Of a stretch of 38,591 nucleotides of DNA, positions 37,188-38,591 are shown in pieces. Under the pieces are notes generated by a model that did not search any database, was not told the DNA's origin, and saw nothing but the letters and a program-made list of their open reading frames with translations. The position numbers and the translations under genes are program-made. The stretch's first letter is position 1, and every line of letters begins with the position of its first letter. This DNA comes from a virus. Taxonomy: Duplodnaviria; Caudoviricetes. The stretch lies in IMG/VR virus record IMGVR_UViG_3300027892_000070, positions 1 through 38,591 of that record. One strand, 5' to 3'.

Positions 37188-37194
37188 ATAAATA
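37188..37194 (+). promoter_or_regulatory. T4-like late promoter (ATAAATA)
   Basis: Motif between the sheath stop and the GGAG RBS of the tube gene. Confidence 0.65.
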
Positions 37195-37212
37195 ATACGA
37201 CGGAGATAACAT

Positions 37213-37854
37213 ATGTCAGTATCAACACTTTCAAGATTTTCAGTACCATTAGGCGGTGCCAATACCAATGCAACCATGTTGCATCCAAAGTTAAAATATA
37301 GATTCCGAGTGAATTTTGAAAACTTTGGTACTGGCGCTGGTGGTGACGCTTTTGAACTTACAAAACAAGTGGTCAGTTTTGCTCGACCAACAATACAGTT
37401 TGAAGCAATCGAACTGCCAACATATAACTCAAGAATCTATGTTGCAGGTCGTCATGCATGGACTGCTGTAGCATGCACATTGCGAGATGATTCTACTGGT
37501 GTAGTGAGTAAAAAGATTGGTAGTCAAGTTCAGAAACAGTTTGACTTTTTTGAAATGTCAAGTGCTGCATCTGGTGTAGATTACAAGTTTACTACCAGTT
37601 TTGAAATGCTCGACGGTGGCAACGGTGGTAACGAAGCACTTGTCCTTGAAAGATGGGAATTGTATGGTTGCTACATTGAAAACGTTAACTATCAAGAAAT
37701 GAACTACGGTACTAACGAAGCAATGACTATCCAGATGACACTGAAATTTGACAATGCTGTACAGGTGGGCGCAGCTAGTTCAGGTATTGGTGTTCAAGGA
37801 ATTTATGCCAGAACCAACGGTGCTATTGCTACAGGTGGTGGTGCTGCTGCTTAA
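37213..37854 (+). CDS. gp19: Tail tube protein (gp19-like)
   Basis: 213 aa directly after the sheath. PKLKYRFRV, YVAGRHAW...TLRDD, WELYGC...YQEMNY...IQMTLKFD. Confidence 0.85.
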   Translation: MSVSTLSRFSVPLGGANTNATMLHPKLKYRFRVNFENFGTGAGGDAFELTKQVVSFARPTIQFEAIELPTYNSRIYVAGRHAWTAVACTLRDDSTGVVSKKIGSQVQKQFDFFEMSSAASGVDYKFTTSFEMLDGGNGGNEALVLERWELYGCYIENVNYQEMNYGTNEAMTIQMTLKFDNAVQVGAASSGIGVQGIYARTNGAIATGGGAAA

Positions 37855-37869
37855 TATTATCAACAATAG

Positions 37870-37897
37870 AAAAGGTCGATTTTATCGGCCTTTTTTT
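37870..37897 (+). terminator. Rho-independent terminator
   Basis: AAAAGGTCGAT-ttt-ATCGGCCTTTTTTT hairpin (one G-U pair) with a T7 tract after the tube gene. Confidence 0.85.
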
Positions 37898-37902
37898 ACG
37901 AC

Positions 37903-37909
37903 ATAAATA
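37903..37909 (+). promoter_or_regulatory. T4-like late promoter (ATAAATA), 5 nt before ATG
   Basis: ATAAATA-atatt-ATG(37915); no Shine-Dalgarno. Confidence 0.7.
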
Positions 37910-37914
37910 ATATT

Positions 37915-38591
37915 ATGGCAAACAAAGTAAATGGATTTTTCACCAACACCACCTCGACCCAACTTCGTGATGCACAACATGCAGCAAGAATGTTCTCGGA
38001 TGACACGTTTAGACTAGCACCTAAACACAAGCACCTCTTTCATGTCAATCTTCAAATCAATCCACTGGCCTATGCACTGCCGTCGATGTTGTTGCAAAAC
38101 CCCAACGAAATTAATCTGTTGGTAAAAAATGCAACATTACCTGCATTTAATATCAATGTTGAAACTGTTAATCAGTACAACAGAATAAAACAGATACAGA
38201 CCAAACAAACGTTTCAACCAGTAACTTTAAAATTTCATGATGACAACTACGGCACCATGCACAGACTGTGGCAAAATTACTATTCCTATTACTATGCAAC
38301 GCCTGGTACATCTTTCGCCATTGGTAGTTATGCAAGAAATGCCATGAAGAATGGCATAGCCAATAGTTACAAATACGGACTAGACAACGGTAGTACTAAA
38401 CCGTTTTTTAAAAATATTATTCTGTATCAAATGGCCAAGCAACAGTTCGTAAGTTACACTATGGTAAATCCTATCATCAAATCATTTGCATTTGACACAG
38501 TGGATTATGGATCAGGTCAGCCGCAAGAAATCACAATGACTTTAGAATACGAAGGATTATATTTTGGTAACGGCCGAGTAACAGAAGGTGA
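37915..38591 (+). CDS. Tail-tube-fold baseplate protein (gp48/gp54-like), truncated by window end
   Basis: Open frame from ATG 37915 to the window end: MANKVNGFF...RLAPKHKHLFHV...LVKNATLP...NQYNR...PVTLKFHDD...ITMTLEYE, which parallels the tube protein layout. Not in the ORF track because there is no stop codon here. Confidence 0.75.
   Translation, partial: MANKVNGFFTNTTSTQLRDAQHAARMFSDDTFRLAPKHKHLFHVNLQINPLAYALPSMLLQNPNEINLLVKNATLPAFNINVETVNQYNRIKQIQTKQTFQPVTLKFHDDNYGTMHRLWQNYYSYYYATPGTSFAIGSYARNAMKNGIANSYKYGLDNGSTKPFFKNIILYQMAKQQFVSYTMVNPIIKSFAFDTVDYGSGQPQEITMTLEYEGLYFGNGRVTEG

Noticed and set aside
1-38591. tRNA, rRNA, introns, inteins, IS elements, integrase
   Set aside because: Intergenic gaps are mostly about 100 nt or less and I saw no cloverleaf, splice or transposase motifs; a tRNAscan/Infernal run would be needed to exclude small RNAs formally.

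Overview
This window is part of a large T4-like (myovirus) bacteriophage genome, most likely an environmental phage. Left arm (1-10.7 kb): late virion-appendage genes, including the 3' end of one giant fibre-like gene, a 1975-aa modular paralog, two very Cys/Gly-rich paralogs and a chaperone-like gene, closed by a bidirectional terminator. Middle (10.8-24.9 kb): an AT-rich accessory island of modifying enzymes (three sulfotransferase-like P-loop proteins, two SGNH-like proteins, six 2OG-Fe(II) oxygenases including a lysyl-hydroxylase-like one, a GT9-like glycosyltransferase, a NodU/CmcH carbamoyltransferase). It ends in a divergent cassette (SAM methyltransferase <- -> ferritin-like di-iron protein, class I glutamine amidotransferase, TctC/Bug solute-binding protein) with a 40-bp-spaced direct repeat in its promoter region, then an apparently dead GmhB-like protein. 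Right arm (24.9-38.6 kb): more fibre/structural genes, a NUDIX hydrolase, gp15-, gp14- and gp13-like neck/tail-completion genes, a dNMP kinase, a degenerate HNH, tail sheath, tail tube and a truncated tube-like baseplate gene. T4-type late promoters (NTAAATA) precede most operons, and four sit only 4-6 nt from the ATG, implying leaderless late mRNAs. The best candidates for an undescribed system are the di-iron/GATase/TctC/MTase cassette and the Cys-rich fibres next to the modification island. All family assignments come from motif recognition by eye; no database search was run.
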